A DNA stretch of 64,000 nt, from positions 27,525 to 91,524 of the forward strand of contig CAVWXO010000009.1 in NCBI GenBank assembly GCA_963758955.1. Reading direction: 5' to 3'. Made by a program: the position numbers and the translations under genes. Below the pieces are notes generated by a model, which worked only from the letters and a program-made list of their open reading frames with translations, was not told where the DNA came from and did not search any database. Position 1 is the first letter of the stretch. Every line of letters starts with the position of its first letter. Below are positions 37,318 to 49,707 of the stretch, piece after piece. This DNA comes from an uncultured Pseudomonadota bacterium. Lineage in GTDB: Bacteria > Pseudomonadota > Gammaproteobacteria > Burkholderiales > Burkholderiaceae_C.

Positions 37318-38277
37318 CTACTGGATGAACTGGGTGGTCGCCAGCTTCGACATGTCGGGCAGCTGCTTGATGATGCCCGCCTCGAGCAGCAGGTCGGCCG
37401 CCTCCTTGCTGAACGCCGCATGCTCGCCGGCGAAGAACTTCTGGTTGGCTGCCTTGTCCTGCCAGCGCAGGTACTTCTGGCTGGCCTCGAACTTGTCGGC
37501 CGTCTGCTTGACCGCGGCGCCCATGATCTCGAAGCTCTTGGCCGGCTCGGCCTTGATCATCGCCACCGCGTCGAAGTAGGCGCTGGCCAGAGCCTGTGCC
37601 GCCTTCGGGTTCTCGGCCAGGAACTTCGGCGTGCAGCCGAAGGTGTCCATGATCATCGGGTAGTCCAGCGTGGTGGCAATGATCTTGCCGGCCTCGGGCT
37701 TCTCGCGCACCGCCGAAAGGTAGGGTTCGTAGGTCATCGCCGCGTCCAGGTTGGCGGTGCCGGCGATCATCGCGTTGGCAGCGGCCTGCGGCTCGAGGTT
37801 GACGATGCTCACGTCCTTGGTCGACAGGCCGTTCTTCTTCAGCATCCAGGCCAGCGTGAAGTACGGCGCCGTGCCGGGCGCGCTGGCAGCCACCGTCTTG
37901 CCCTTCAGGTCGGCGATCTTGGTGATGCCGGGCTTGACCACCATGCCATCGGCGCCATAGCTCTTGTCGAGCTGGAAGATCTGCGTCGTCGGGATGCCGT
38001 TGGCCGTCCAGACGATCCAGGTCTCGACCGTGGTCGCCGCGCACTGGATGTCGCCGCTGGCCAGCGCCAGGTGGCGGTCCTTCTGCGGAATCATCTTGAT
38101 GCTGACGTCCAGCCCATGCTTCTTGAACAGGCCGGCCTCCTTGGCCAGCGTCAGCGGCGCGAAGCCGGTCCAGCCGGACATGCCGATGACGACCTTGGTG
38201 TCCTGGGCCAGCGCGCTGCCGCCCATCAGGGTCAGCGCGGCGGCCAGGGCCAGGGAGGTGAATGCAGACTTCTTCAT
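37318..38277 (-). CDS. NitT/TauT (NMT1/SsuA-like) ABC substrate-binding protein
   Basis: Signal peptide; SGWTGFAPL, DKSYGADG, DLKGKTVA, TYEPY. Confidence 0.9.
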   Translation of the reverse strand: MKKSAFTSLALAAALTLMGGSALAQDTKVVIGMSGWTGFAPLTLAKEAGLFKKHGLDVSIKMIPQKDRHLALASGDIQCAATTVETWIVWTANGIPTTQIFQLDKSYGADGMVVKPGITKIADLKGKTVAASAPGTAPYFTLAWMLKKNGLSTKDVSIVNLEPQAAANAMIAGTANLDAAMTYEPYLSAVREKPEAGKIIATTLDYPMIMDTFGCTPKFLAENPKAAQALASAYFDAVAMIKAEPAKSFEIMGAAVKQTADKFEASQKYLRWQDKAANQKFFAGEHAAFSKEAADLLLEAGIIKQLPDMSKLATTQFIQ

Positions 38278-38307
38278 GGGGCTCTTCCTTCGATGGGTGG
38301 GGGGGAT

Positions 38308-39864
38308 TCAGGCGTTTTCTAGCCATGCCGGCAGCTGCGGCAGGCTGTGCAAGATGCGCGCCAGCGAGCCGTCGCCTACCATGGTCGTGGCGGTGTCGAT
38401 GTCCGGCGCCAGGTAGCGGTCCTGCGCCATCGCAGGCACGGCACTGCGCAGCAGCGCATGCGCACGCTCCAGCGGCTCGGAGCTGCGCAGCGGCCGCAGG
38501 AACTCGATGCCCTGCGCCGCGGCCAGCCATTCGATGCCGAGGATGTGCGCGGTGTTGCGGATCATCGGCTGCAGCCGGCGCGCGGCGAAGGTGGCCATGC
38601 TGACATGGTCCTCCTGGTTGGCGCTGGTGGGCAGGCTGTCGACGCTGGCCGGGTGCGCCATCGACTTGTTCTCGCTGGCCAGCGCCGCGGCGGTGACGTG
38701 GGCGATCATGAAGCCGCTGTTCAAACCGGCATCGGCCGTGAGGAAGGGCGGCAGCCGCGATACGCCCGTGTCGATGAGCATAGCGATGCGCCGCTCGGCA
38801 ATCGCGCCGACCTCGGCGATGGCCAGCGCCATGCCGTCGGCCGCCAGCGCCACCGGCTCGGCGTGGAAGTTGCCGCCGGAGATCATCATCGCCGGCAACT
38901 CGCCCTCCGCGGCGAAGACCAGCGGGTTGTCGGTCACCGCGTTGGCCTCGCGCAGCAGCACCCCCGTCGCATGGCGCAGCTGGTCGACGCAGGCGCCCAC
39001 CACCTGCGGCTGGCAGCGCAGCGAGTACGGGTCTTGCACGCGGTCGTCGCCACTGACGTGCGACAGGCGGATCTGGCTGCCAGCCAGCAGCGCACGGTAG
39101 GCCTGGGCCACGTCGATCTGCCCGGGCTGGCCGCGCAGCGCGTGGATGCGCGGGTCGAAGGGGCCGTCGCTGCCGCGTGCCGCGTCCACCGTCAGCGCGC
39201 CCACCACCAGCGCCGCTTGCAGCACCGGCTCGAAGGCGAACAGCGCATGCAGCGCCAGCGCGGTGGAGGTCTGCGTGCCGTTAATCAGCGCCAGGCCTTC
39301 CTTGGCCTGCAGCTTCAGCGGCTGGATGCCGGCCGACTCCAGCGCCGCCAGCGCCGGGCGGCGCCGGCCCACCACCAGCATCTCGCCCTCGCCCAGCAGC
39401 GCCAGCGTCATGTGGGCCAGCGGCGCCAAGTCACCCGAGGCGCCCACCGACCCTTGCGCCGGCACATGGGGCACCAGGCCGGCGTTGTGCACGGCGATCA
39501 GCGTGTCGACCACCTCTTCGCGCACGCCGGAGTGGCCGCGCGCCAGGCTCGCGGCCTTCAGCGCCAGCATCAGCCGCACCACTTCCGGCGTCAGCGGCTC
39601 GCCGACGCCGACGCTGTGCGAGCGGATCAGATTGAGCTGCAGCGTGTCGAGCTGCTCGGTGCTGATGCGCTGGTTGGCCAGCTTGCCGAAGCCGGTGTTG
39701 ACACCATACACCGGCGCGTCGCCGGCGGCTGCGGCCTGCACCACTGCGGCACTGGCACGGATGCGCTCGCGCGACTCGGCCTGCAGGCTCAGTTTGTGCA
39801 CGCCGGCATGGATGCGGCGCAATTGGTCCAGCGACAGCTGCCCAGGGACGATCTCCAACTGCAC
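38308..39864 (-). CDS. hutH: Histidine ammonia-lyase
   Basis: YGVNTGFG, GSVGASGDLAPL (MIO), KEGLALING, QDPYSLRC, NQEDHVSM. Confidence 0.96.
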   Translation of the reverse strand: MQLEIVPGQLSLDQLRRIHAGVHKLSLQAESRERIRASAAVVQAAAAGDAPVYGVNTGFGKLANQRISTEQLDTLQLNLIRSHSVGVGEPLTPEVVRLMLALKAASLARGHSGVREEVVDTLIAVHNAGLVPHVPAQGSVGASGDLAPLAHMTLALLGEGEMLVVGRRRPALAALESAGIQPLKLQAKEGLALINGTQTSTALALHALFAFEPVLQAALVVGALTVDAARGSDGPFDPRIHALRGQPGQIDVAQAYRALLAGSQIRLSHVSGDDRVQDPYSLRCQPQVVGACVDQLRHATGVLLREANAVTDNPLVFAAEGELPAMMISGGNFHAEPVALAADGMALAIAEVGAIAERRIAMLIDTGVSRLPPFLTADAGLNSGFMIAHVTAAALASENKSMAHPASVDSLPTSANQEDHVSMATFAARRLQPMIRNTAHILGIEWLAAAQGIEFLRPLRSSEPLERAHALLRSAVPAMAQDRYLAPDIDTATTMVGDGSLARILHSLPQLPAWLENA

Positions 39865-39866
39865 GT

Positions 39867-41558
<1,692 letters not shown>

Positions 41559-41606
41559 GGGGGTACCTCTTCGATCGTTGCGGCGTGCTGGAATGGGCGA
41601 GACTGT

Positions 41607-41638
41607 ACTTGCCTAGACAAGTCTATGCAAGTAGACTT
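41607..41638. promoter_or_regulatory. HutC operator region
   Basis: ACTTG-CCTAGA-CAAGT palindrome (41607-41622), like enterobacterial HutC boxes (CTTGTATAGACAAG), between divergent hutU and hutC; overlapping second inverted repeat AAGTCTA-N6-TAGACTT (41619-41638). Confidence 0.75.
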
Positions 41639-41645
41639 TGTGGCC

Positions 41646-42395
41646 ATGAACGCTCGGGTTTACCCCAGGCCGCAGCTCGGTCGGTCCACGCCGCAGGCGG
41701 TGGCGCCCTATGCGCGCATTAAGCAGTGGCTGAAGGACGAGCTGTCGCGCGGCCGCTGGCCGCCCGGCGCGCCGATGCCGTCGGATGCCGAGCTGGTGGC
41801 GCAGTTCGGCGTCAGCCGCATGACGGTGACGCGTGCGCTGAACGAACTGCGCGCCGAAGGCATGGTCGAGCGCGTGCAGGGCGTGGGCACCTTCGCCGCG
41901 CACCTGTTCCGCGTGGCCAGCACGCTGCGCATCCGCGACCTGCACGAGGAGATCACCCAACGCGGTCACCAGCACCATGCCGAGGTGCATCTGGCCCGCG
42001 AGGAGCCGGCCGCCCAGGGCCTGGCGCAGAAGCTGGGGCTCGCCGTGGGCGCGCCGGTGTTCCACACGCTGATCGTGCACTTCGAGGACGGCCTGGCACT
42101 GCAGTGCGAAGACCGCTACGTCAACCCGGCCGCCGCGCCCGTGTACCTGGGCAACGACTTCACCCGGATCACGCCCACGCAATACCTGCTGCAGGTGGCG
42201 CCGCTGTGGGAGGCGCAATATTCGATCGAGGCCGCGCTGCCCACCGCACAGGAAGCGAAACTGCTGGGCATCCGCCGCGACGAGCCCTGCCTGGTCGTTG
42301 TGCGCCGCACCGTCAGCCAGGACGTGCCGATCACGATGGCCCGGCTGGTGCACCCGGGCTCGCGCTACCTGCTGCAAGGGGAGTTCAAGCCATGA
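41646..42395 (+). CDS. hutC: Histidine utilization repressor (GntR/UTRA)
   Basis: PSDAELVAQFGVSRMTVTRAL...RVQGVGTF; EDRYVNP; HPGSRY; start 41646 or 41625. Confidence 0.94.
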   Translation: MNARVYPRPQLGRSTPQAVAPYARIKQWLKDELSRGRWPPGAPMPSDAELVAQFGVSRMTVTRALNELRAEGMVERVQGVGTFAAHLFRVASTLRIRDLHEEITQRGHQHHAEVHLAREEPAAQGLAQKLGLAVGAPVFHTLIVHFEDGLALQCEDRYVNPAAAPVYLGNDFTRITPTQYLLQVAPLWEAQYSIEAALPTAQEAKLLGIRRDEPCLVVVRRTVSQDVPITMARLVHPGSRYLLQGEFKP

Positions 42396-43237
42396 CTGCC
42401 GATGCCGACGCCCGCGCCCGCGCCCGCCAGGTGGTGACGCCGGAGCTGATCGAGGCCTTCGCGCGCGACGGCGCGGTGTGCCTGCGCCAGTTGCTGACGC
42501 CGGCCGAGGTGCAGCGCCTGCGCGAGGGCATCGACGCCAATCTGGCCCAGCCCAGCCCGCGCGCCAAGGTGGCCAGCCGGAGCGACGACCCCGGCTTCTT
42601 CATCGAGGACTTCTGCTGCTGGCAGGAGAACCCGGCCTACCGCGACGTGATCTTCAACTCCGCACTGGCCGCCGCGGCCGGTCGGCTGACCGGCAGCGGC
42701 CGCATCCGCCTGTACCACGACCACATGCTGACGAAGGAGCCGGGCACGCGCGCGCCCACGCCCTGGCACCAGGACCAGCCCTACTACAACGTCGAAGGCG
42801 ACCAGAACGTCAGCTTCTGGATCCCGGTGGACCCGGTGCGCCGACATTCGACGCTGGAATTCGTGGCCGGCTCGCACCGCGGGCCGTGGCTGATGCCGCG
42901 CAGCTTCATGGACCACCAGGCCAAGTGGTTCCCCGAAGGCAGCCTGCAGGAGATGCCCGACATCGAGGCCACGCGCGGCAAGCGCACGATCCTCGGCTGG
43001 GCTCTGGAGCCGGGCGACGTGGTGGCCTTCCACATGCTGGCGCTGCATGCCTCCGGCGGCGTCGAAGGCGACCTGCGGCGGCGCGTGTTCTCGCTGCGCG
43101 TGCTGGGCGACGACATGGTGCATGCGCCGCGCGCCTGGGTCACTTCGCCGCCCTTCCCCGGCCTGGCCGAGCGGTTGCCGGCCGGCGCGCCGATGCACGA
43201 CCCGCTGTTTCCGCTGCTGTGGGAGCGCGCGGCATGA
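42392..43237 (+). CDS. Phytanoyl-CoA dioxygenase (PhyH) family Fe(II)/2-oxoglutarate dioxygenase
   Basis: KEPGT...TPWHQDQPY (HxD), [31 protein letters not shown]; ATGA overlaps with hutC and hutD. Confidence 0.88.
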   Translation: MTADADARARARQVVTPELIEAFARDGAVCLRQLLTPAEVQRLREGIDANLAQPSPRAKVASRSDDPGFFIEDFCCWQENPAYRDVIFNSALAAAAGRLTGSGRIRLYHDHMLTKEPGTRAPTPWHQDQPYYNVEGDQNVSFWIPVDPVRRHSTLEFVAGSHRGPWLMPRSFMDHQAKWFPEGSLQEMPDIEATRGKRTILGWALEPGDVVAFHMLALHASGGVEGDLRRRVFSLRVLGDDMVHAPRAWVTSPPFPGLAERLPAGAPMHDPLFPLLWERAA

Positions 43238-43809
43238 CGCTTCACGTGGTGCGCTGCGATGCGGTCGAGCCGCAGCCGTGGAAGAACGGCGGCGGACTGA
43301 CGCGCGAGCTGCTGGCCTGGCCGGCGCGCGAGGAGTGGTCGCTGCGCCTCAGCGTGGCCGACATCCGCGTCGACGGGCCCTTCTCGGCCTTCCCCGGCGT
43401 GGACCGCTGGTTCGCGGTGCTGGAAGGTGCCGGCGTGCTGCTGACGCTGCCCGACGGCCCGCACACGGTCGGGTTCGAGGACGCTCCGCTGCACTTCCGC
43501 GGCGAGGCCGCGCCGCCCTGCGAGCTGCTGGACGGCCCGACGCGCGACCTGAACCTGATGATCCGCCGCGAGGCTGGCCGCGGCGCGATGCAGCGCGCGC
43601 AGCCCGGCGTGGACTTCGGTGCGCGCGATACCTTCCGCGCGCTGTTCACTGCCGACCCGCTGATGCTGCAGATCGACGGCGCCGACGCGGCCCGCGTACC
43701 GGCGATGGCGCTGCTGTGGGCCGACGGCGGCGCGCACGGCATCTGGCGCATCGCGGCCGGTACATCGCCGCGCGCCTGGTGGATCCACTTCCAGCCGAGG
43801 CTGGCATGA
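43234..43809 (+). CDS. hutD: HutD family protein
   Basis: [36 protein letters not shown]. Confidence 0.92.
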   Translation: MTLHVVRCDAVEPQPWKNGGGLTRELLAWPAREEWSLRLSVADIRVDGPFSAFPGVDRWFAVLEGAGVLLTLPDGPHTVGFEDAPLHFRGEAAPPCELLDGPTRDLNLMIRREAGRGAMQRAQPGVDFGARDTFRALFTADPLMLQIDGADAARVPAMALLWADGGAHGIWRIAAGTSPRAWWIHFQPRLA

Positions 43810-45014
43810 ACAAGACTCTGTGGCGCAATGCCCGCTTGGCCACGCTGGCCGGCCCCGAGCCCTGGGGCTGGATCGAGCGTGGCGCGCTGCTGACCGATGG
43901 CGACCGCATCGCCTTCGTCGGTGACGAGGCGTCGCTGCCGGCCGGCCTGCAGCCCGAGCGCGAAGTCGACCTCGGCGGCGCGCTGATGACGCCGGGCCTG
44001 ATCGACTGCCACACCCACCTGGTCTACGGCGGCCAGCGCGCCCGAGAGTTCGAGCTGCGGCTGCAGGGTGCCAGCTACGAGCAGATCGCACGCGCGGGCG
44101 GCGGCATCCGCTCCACCGTCGCGGCGACGCGCGCGGCCAGCGACGACGACCTGTTCACCTCGGCCCGTGAACGCGCATGCACCCTGATGCAAGAAGGCGT
44201 CACCACGCTGGAGATCAAGTCCGGCTACGGCCTGAGCGCCGAGCACGAGGCGCGCTGCCTGCGCATCGCGCGCCGCCTGGGCCACGAGCTGCCGCTGACG
44301 GTCCAGACCACCTGCCTGTCGGCGCATGCGCTGCCGCCGGAGTTCGACGGCCGTGCCGACGACTACATCGATGCCGTCTGCGCCTGGCTGCCGCCGCTGC
44401 AGGCCGAGGGGCTGGTGGATGCGGTGGACGCCTTCTGCGAGCACATCGCTTTCAGCCCCGCGCAGACGCGGCGCGTGTTCGATGCCGCCAAAGCCCTGGG
44501 CCTGCCGGTCAAGCTGCATGCCGAGCAGCTCAGCGACCAGGGCGGCGCGGTGCTGGCCGCGTCGTACCGGGCGCGGTCCTGCGACCATCTGGAATGGCTG
44601 TCCGACGACGGCGTGCGTGCGATGGCCGCAGCCGGCACGGTGGCCGTGCTGCTGCCCGGCGCCTTCTACTTCCTGCGCGAAACCAAGTTGCCGCCGATCG
44701 CCGCGCTGCGCGAGGCCGGTGTGCCCATCGCGCTGGCCAGCGACCACAACCCGGGCTCCTCGCCCGGGCTGTCGCTGCTGCTGATGCTGAACATGGGATG
44801 CACCTTCTTCCGCCTGACGCCCGAGGAGGCGCTGCGCGGCGTCACCGTGCAGGCGGCGCGCGCACTGGGCCTGCACGACCGCGGCACGCTCGCGGCCGGG
44901 CAGCGCGCCGACTTCGTCGCCTGGGACCTGCAGCATCCGAACGAGCTGGCCTACTGGTTCGGCCGCAACCCCTGTCGCCGGCGCATCGTGGCCGGCGTGG
45001 AAGCCTCTGTATGA
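43806..45014 (+). CDS. hutI: Imidazolonepropionase
   Basis: [40 protein letters not shown]. Confidence 0.96.
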   Translation: MNKTLWRNARLATLAGPEPWGWIERGALLTDGDRIAFVGDEASLPAGLQPEREVDLGGALMTPGLIDCHTHLVYGGQRAREFELRLQGASYEQIARAGGGIRSTVAATRAASDDDLFTSARERACTLMQEGVTTLEIKSGYGLSAEHEARCLRIARRLGHELPLTVQTTCLSAHALPPEFDGRADDYIDAVCAWLPPLQAEGLVDAVDAFCEHIAFSPAQTRRVFDAAKALGLPVKLHAEQLSDQGGAVLAASYRARSCDHLEWLSDDGVRAMAAAGTVAVLLPGAFYFLRETKLPPIAALREAGVPIALASDHNPGSSPGLSLLLMLNMGCTFFRLTPEEALRGVTVQAARALGLHDRGTLAAGQRADFVAWDLQHPNELAYWFGRNPCRRRIVAGVEASV

Positions 45015-45805
45015 ACGACATCTACACGCTGCGCCGCGGGCACACGCCACTGCTGCTGAGCCTGCCGCATGCCGGCACGCGGATCCCGCCAACCATCGCG
45101 CAGAAGCTGCAGCCGCGCGCGCTGCAGACCGAGGACACCGACTGGCATCTGGAGCCGCTGTACGGCTTTGCCGCCGAACTGGGCGCCAGCATCATCGTGC
45201 CGCGCCACAGCCGCTACGTGGTGGACCTGAACCGGCCCAGCGACAACCGGCCGATGTACGCCGGCGCCAACAACACCGAGCTGTGCCCGACGCGCTTCTT
45301 CAGCGGCGATGCGCTGTACCGCGAGGGCCAGGCGCCCGACGAGGCCGAGGCGCGGCAGCGCGTGACCACCTACTGGCAACCGTACCACGACGCGCTGCGC
45401 GCCGAGCTGGACCGCTTGCGCGACCAGCAAGGCCACGCGCTGCTGTGGGACGGGCACAGCATCCGCTCCGAGCTGCCCTGGCTCTTCGACGGCAAGCTGC
45501 CCGACCTGAACCTGGGCACGGCCAGCGGCAGTTCCTGCGCGCCGATATTGCGCGCGGCGCTGGCCGAGGTGCTGCAATCGCAGACCGAGTTCACCGTGGC
45601 CATCGACGGCCGCTTCAAGGGCGGCCACATCACGCGGCACTACGGCCAGCCGGCGCAGCGCATCCATGCGGTGCAGCTGGAGCAGTGCTGGTGCAGCTAC
45701 ATGCGCGAGGCGCCACCCTACGCCTGGGACGCCACGCTCGCCGCGCGCGTGCAGCCGCTGCTGCGCCGGCTGCTGCAGACGATGCTGGCATGGCGGCCGC
45801 AATGA
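45011..45805 (+). CDS. hutG: N-formylglutamate deformylase
   Basis: [42 protein letters not shown]. Confidence 0.94.
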   Translation: MNDIYTLRRGHTPLLLSLPHAGTRIPPTIAQKLQPRALQTEDTDWHLEPLYGFAAELGASIIVPRHSRYVVDLNRPSDNRPMYAGANNTELCPTRFFSGDALYREGQAPDEAEARQRVTTYWQPYHDALRAELDRLRDQQGHALLWDGHSIRSELPWLFDGKLPDLNLGTASGSSCAPILRAALAEVLQSQTEFTVAIDGRFKGGHITRHYGQPAQRIHAVQLEQCWCSYMREAPPYAWDATLAARVQPLLRRLLQTMLAWRPQ

Positions 45806-47166
45806 TGTACTGGGCGCCGCAGGCGTGGATCGCCGGACGCTGGGCCGAGCGCGTGCTGCTCCAGGTCGGCACCGACGGCTGCTGGGCCGACATCGCCACC
45901 GACGTGCCGGCCCCGCCGAAGGCGGAGGTATTGAGCGGCCCGGTCCTGCCAGGCCTGGTGGATGCGCACAGCCATGCGTTCCAGCGCGCCTTCGCCGGCC
46001 TGGCCGAGCAGCGCGAAGCGGCAGCCGACGACTTCTGGTCGTGGCGCGACCGCATGTATCGCGTGGCGCTGCGCATCACACCCGAGCAGCTGCGCGCGGT
46101 GGCCGCGATGCTCTATGCCGAACTGCTGCGTGGCGGCTACACCCAGGTCTGCGAATTCCATTACCTGCAGCACGCACCCGATGGCCGGCCCTATGCCGAC
46201 CCGCTGACGCTGTCGTGGGCGCTGGCCGACGCCGCGGCCGACGTGGGGCTGGGCCTGACGATGCTGCCGGTGCTGTACCAGCGCGCCGGCTTCACTCAAG
46301 GACAGCTGCGCGACGACCAGCGCCGCTTCGCCACCGATGCGGCCGCGGTACGCGCGCTGCAGTGCGGCCTGGTGGCCAGCGGCCGCCCGCTGCTGAACGC
46401 CGGCGTGGCGATCCACTCGCTGCGCGCGGCCGAGCCGGCGGCCATCGCCCGGCTGGTCGACGGTCTGGGTGACCTGCCGATCCACGTGCACGTGGCCGAG
46501 CAGACGGCAGAGGTCGACGACTGCCTGCGCGCCACCGGCCTGCGGCCGATCGAATGGCTGGCGACGCACGCGCCGCTGGATGCGCGCTGGCAGCTGGTGC
46601 ATGCCACGCATGCGCTGCAAGCCGAGATCGACGCGGTCGCGAAGAGTGGCGCCGGCGTGGTGATCTGCCCCTCCACCGAAGGCAACCTGGGCGACGGCTT
46701 CACCGACGTGCCCGGCTGGCTGGACGCCGGCGTGCCGCTGGCCATCGGCTCGGACAGCCACGTGCTGCGCGCCTGGCCCGAGGAACTGCGCTGGCTGGAA
46801 TACGGCCAGCGCCTGCTGCGCCGCCAGCGCAACGTCTGCGCCGCGCCCACGCAGGGCGAGCCGGCCACCGCGGCACGGCTGTTCGAGCGTACGCTGGCTG
46901 CCGGCGGCACGGCCGCGGGCCATGCGCGCTGGGGCCTGCAGACCGGTGCGCGGGCCGACCTGCTGGTGCTGGACGCGCACGACCCCAGCCTGCTGGGCAT
47001 ACCGGCTGAGCGGCTGCTGGATGCGCTGGTCTTCTCCAGCCCCGGTCGGCCCGTCCGCGACGTGCTGGTGGCCGGCCGCTGGGCGCTGCGTGGTCACCGG
47101 CTGGCGGGCGCCGACCCCGGGCCGGCCTTCGCCAAGGCAATGCAGGCACTGTGGAGCAGCGAGTGA
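45802..47166 (+). CDS. hutF: Formimidoylglutamate deiminase
   Basis: HSHAFQRAFAG, DFWSWR, EFHYL, HSLRA, HVHVAEQ, CPSTEGNLGDG, IGSDSH. Confidence 0.95.
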   Translation: MMYWAPQAWIAGRWAERVLLQVGTDGCWADIATDVPAPPKAEVLSGPVLPGLVDAHSHAFQRAFAGLAEQREAAADDFWSWRDRMYRVALRITPEQLRAVAAMLYAELLRGGYTQVCEFHYLQHAPDGRPYADPLTLSWALADAAADVGLGLTMLPVLYQRAGFTQGQLRDDQRRFATDAAAVRALQCGLVASGRPLLNAGVAIHSLRAAEPAAIARLVDGLGDLPIHVHVAEQTAEVDDCLRATGLRPIEWLATHAPLDARWQLVHATHALQAEIDAVAKSGAGVVICPSTEGNLGDGFTDVPGWLDAGVPLAIGSDSHVLRAWPEELRWLEYGQRLLRRQRNVCAAPTQGEPATAARLFERTLAAGGTAAGHARWGLQTGARADLLVLDAHDPSLLGIPAERLLDALVFSSPGRPVRDVLVAGRWALRGHRLAGADPGPAFAKAMQALWSSE

Positions 47167-47650
47167 GCCGACTGCCCTTCATCGACAGCTACTTCGGTGC
47201 GGAGAAGCTGGAGTCGCTGCTGTTCATCGTCGTCGGTGCGCTGGCCATCGCGCTGGCCATCGTGCTGCTGCGCCGGCGCAGCCGCCTGCGCGGCATGGCC
47301 ATCCCGCTGGTCGCGGTGGCGCTGATCCAGCTGGTCGTGGGCGGCACGGTCTACCTGCGCAGCGACGGGCAGATCGCCGAGCTGCAGCAACGTGCCCGCG
47401 AGGCGCCGGCCGACTTCAAGCGCGACGAGGGCGCGCGCATGCGCACGGTCATCGCCAACTTCGATCTCTACCGGCGCATCGAGATCGGCCTGCTGGCCCT
47501 GGGCATGGCCCTCGTCGTGCTGCTGCGCAACCGGGAGTTCTGGTTTGCCTTCGGCCTGGGCTGGTGCTGCAGGCCGGCTTCATGCTGGCGCTGGACCACT
47601 TTGCCGAGGCTCGCGCGCACGACTACTTCAAGGCGGTGCTGGGCGCATGA
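47163..47650 (+). pseudogene. Membrane protein gene with a 1-nt frameshift near 47561 (pseudogene or sequencing error)
   Basis: GTG overlapping hutF stop; MSRLPFIDSYFGAEK...FWFAFGLG continues sensibly only in another frame: LVLQAGFMLALDHFAEARAHDYFKAVLGA* (47650). Confidence 0.7.
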
Positions 47651-49652
47651 ACTTGAGCACCTGCAGGATGTTGCTGTAGTCGTCGGTCCAGGTGCGCGTG
47701 CCCTCGCCCGAGGCCAGCGGCGCCGCGGCTTGCTGCACCAGCGGCAGGTCGAGCAGGTCGCGACTGTCGGACAGCAGCACCCAGTCGGACAAGGCGGTGC
47801 TCGGATCGCCCTGGACGCCGGGGTCGGTGATGTACACCGCCTGCAGACCCAGCTCGGCGGCGATGCGGCCAACCACCGGGGCCAGCTCCAGATGCGTGTT
47901 GCTGATATGCAGCGCCATCACGCCACCGGGCTTCAGGCGCTGGCGGTACAGCTCGACCGCCTCGCGCGTGAGCAGGTGCACCGGAATCGAGTCGCCCGAG
48001 AAGGCGTCGACCACCAGCACGTCGAAGCGGCGCTCGTTTTCCGCCTGCAGCAGCAGCCTGCCGTCGCCCACGACCACGTCCACCTGGGCGGGTGAGTCGC
48101 TGATGAAGCTGAACTGCCGGTGCGCTGCGTCGACGATGGCCGGGTCGATCTCGTAGAAGCGGTAGCGGTCGCCTTCCTTGCCATAGGCCACGATGGTGCC
48201 GGCGCCCAGCCCGACCGCACCCACCTCCAGCGGTCTGTCGTCCAGCTCCCGCAGCAGGCGGCCGACGCCGGAGTTGGGGGTGTAGTAGCTGGTCGGCCGC
48301 TTCACGAATTGCGGCGCCAGGAACTGCTGGCCGTGCATGATGCTGCCGTGGATCAGCACGCGCTCATGCGCTTCGGGGTTGCTGCGGCCGTATTCGCGCA
48401 CCCGTAGCACGCCGTAGAAATTGCGGCTTATGAAGGTGACTTCGTTGAGCGCCTCCTGGACGCGCAACCCGGTTGTCACCAGGCTGCCGATCAGCACCAG
48501 GCTGGCGGTGGCGACCCACCATCGGCCCTGGCTCCAGCAGCGCCACAGCACGGCCGCAGCCAGCAGCACCAGGCCCAGCTCGACCTCGAAGTAACCACTC
48601 AGCAGCGCCGGTGCACCCAGAGCGACGATCGCACCGCCGACCACGCCGCCCGCCGACACCGCCAGGTAGAAGTGCGTCAGCCGCGACGGTGCCGGGCGGA
48701 TGCGCGCCAGCTCGCCATGGCAGAACATGCACACCACGAACAGGCCGAGCAGGAAGATCAGGATGTGCCAGCCGATGGAGCCGAGCTGCCGCTCCTTCAG
48801 CAGCACGCCGCACATCACCGCCAGCGCCAGCAGCGTGGCCATGCGGAAGGCGCGTGGCGGATACCAGCGGTCGGCATCGAAGCACAGCGTGAAGCTCAGC
48901 AGGTAGATCACCAGGGGCAGTACCCACATCATCGGGAACGAGGGAATGTTCTGCGTCAGGTGGTTGGTCAGCGCCACCAGTGCATAGCTGCCCAGCGCCG
49001 CCAGCGCGAACCAGCTCAAGGTGAGCGGCCAGCCCGGTACCGGAGCGTCGTCGGTTGCGGCCCTCGAGGCCGACCCGGCGGGCCGGCGCAGGCTGATGAC
49101 GCACAGCGCCAGCACATAGGCCGCATAGGCCACCGACCAGGCCTGGCCCTGGGTGGCGGTGGGCAGCCAGGGCTCGATCAGCCAGGGGTAGGCCAGCAGC
49201 GCGGCCAGCGAGGCCAGGTTCGACACCGCAAACAGCCGGTATGGATTAATGCGGGTCCGGGCGCCGGCGATCCAGGCCTGCAGCAGCGGGCTGGTCATGG
49301 CCAGCAGCGTGAAGGGCAGCCCGATGGTCAGCAGCAGCAGTCCGAGGATCTGAGGCGCCGGGTCCCAGGACTGCGAACCCGGCCACACGGTCACCGGGGC
49401 GATGGGCAGCAGCGCCAGGCTGCCCAGCAGCAGCGCGACGTGCGCATAGCGCAGCACCCGGTTGCGTCCGTGGCGCACCAGGTGGTGGGCAAGGGCATAG
49501 CCCAGCAACAAGGCGGCCTGAAAGAACACCAGGCAGGTGGCCCACACCGCCACGCTGCCGCCGAAGCGCGGCAGGATCAGCTTGGCGATGATCGGCTGCA
49601 ACAGGAACAGCAGGAAGGCACTGAGGAAAACGGTGATGCCGGTCAGGGCCAT
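47628..49652 (-). CDS. Fused membrane (MFS-like) / spermidine synthase-like SAM-dependent protein
   Basis: Multi-TM N-terminus (FLSAFLLFLLQP...LPRFGGS); C-domain VGLGAG, YEID, GDGR, VDAFS, HLLTRE, WTDDYS. Confidence 0.88.
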   Translation of the reverse strand: MALTGITVFLSAFLLFLLQPIIAKLILPRFGGSVAVWATCLVFFQAALLLGYALAHHLVRHGRNRVLRYAHVALLLGSLALLPIAPVTVWPGSQSWDPAPQILGLLLLTIGLPFTLLAMTSPLLQAWIAGARTRINPYRLFAVSNLASLAALLAYPWLIEPWLPTATQGQAWSVAYAAYVLALCVISLRRPAGSASRAATDDAPVPGWPLTLSWFALAALGSYALVALTNHLTQNIPSFPMMWVLPLVIYLLSFTLCFDADRWYPPRAFRMATLLALAVMCGVLLKERQLGSIGWHILIFLLGLFVVCMFCHGELARIRPAPSRLTHFYLAVSAGGVVGGAIVALGAPALLSGYFEVELGLVLLAAAVLWRCWSQGRWWVATASLVLIGSLVTTGLRVQEALNEVTFISRNFYGVLRVREYGRSNPEAHERVLIHGSIMHGQQFLAPQFVKRPTSYYTPNSGVGRLLRELDDRPLEVGAVGLGAGTIVAYGKEGDRYRFYEIDPAIVDAAHRQFSFISDSPAQVDVVVGDGRLLLQAENERRFDVLVVDAFSGDSIPVHLLTREAVELYRQRLKPGGVMALHISNTHLELAPVVGRIAAELGLQAVYITDPGVQGDPSTALSDWVLLSDSRDLLDLPLVQQAAAPLASGEGTRTWTDDYSNILQVLKFMRPAPP

Positions 49653-49707
49653 GCAGGGCTCTTGGTATGCACGGCGCGGCGCCGCCGCACCTTCGACGGC
49701 CGCGATG

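Noticed and set aside
35756-38530. 924-aa apparent giant ABC protein
   Set aside because: Only the last 257 aa are the ATPase; the rest overlaps the permease and SBP genes in another frame.
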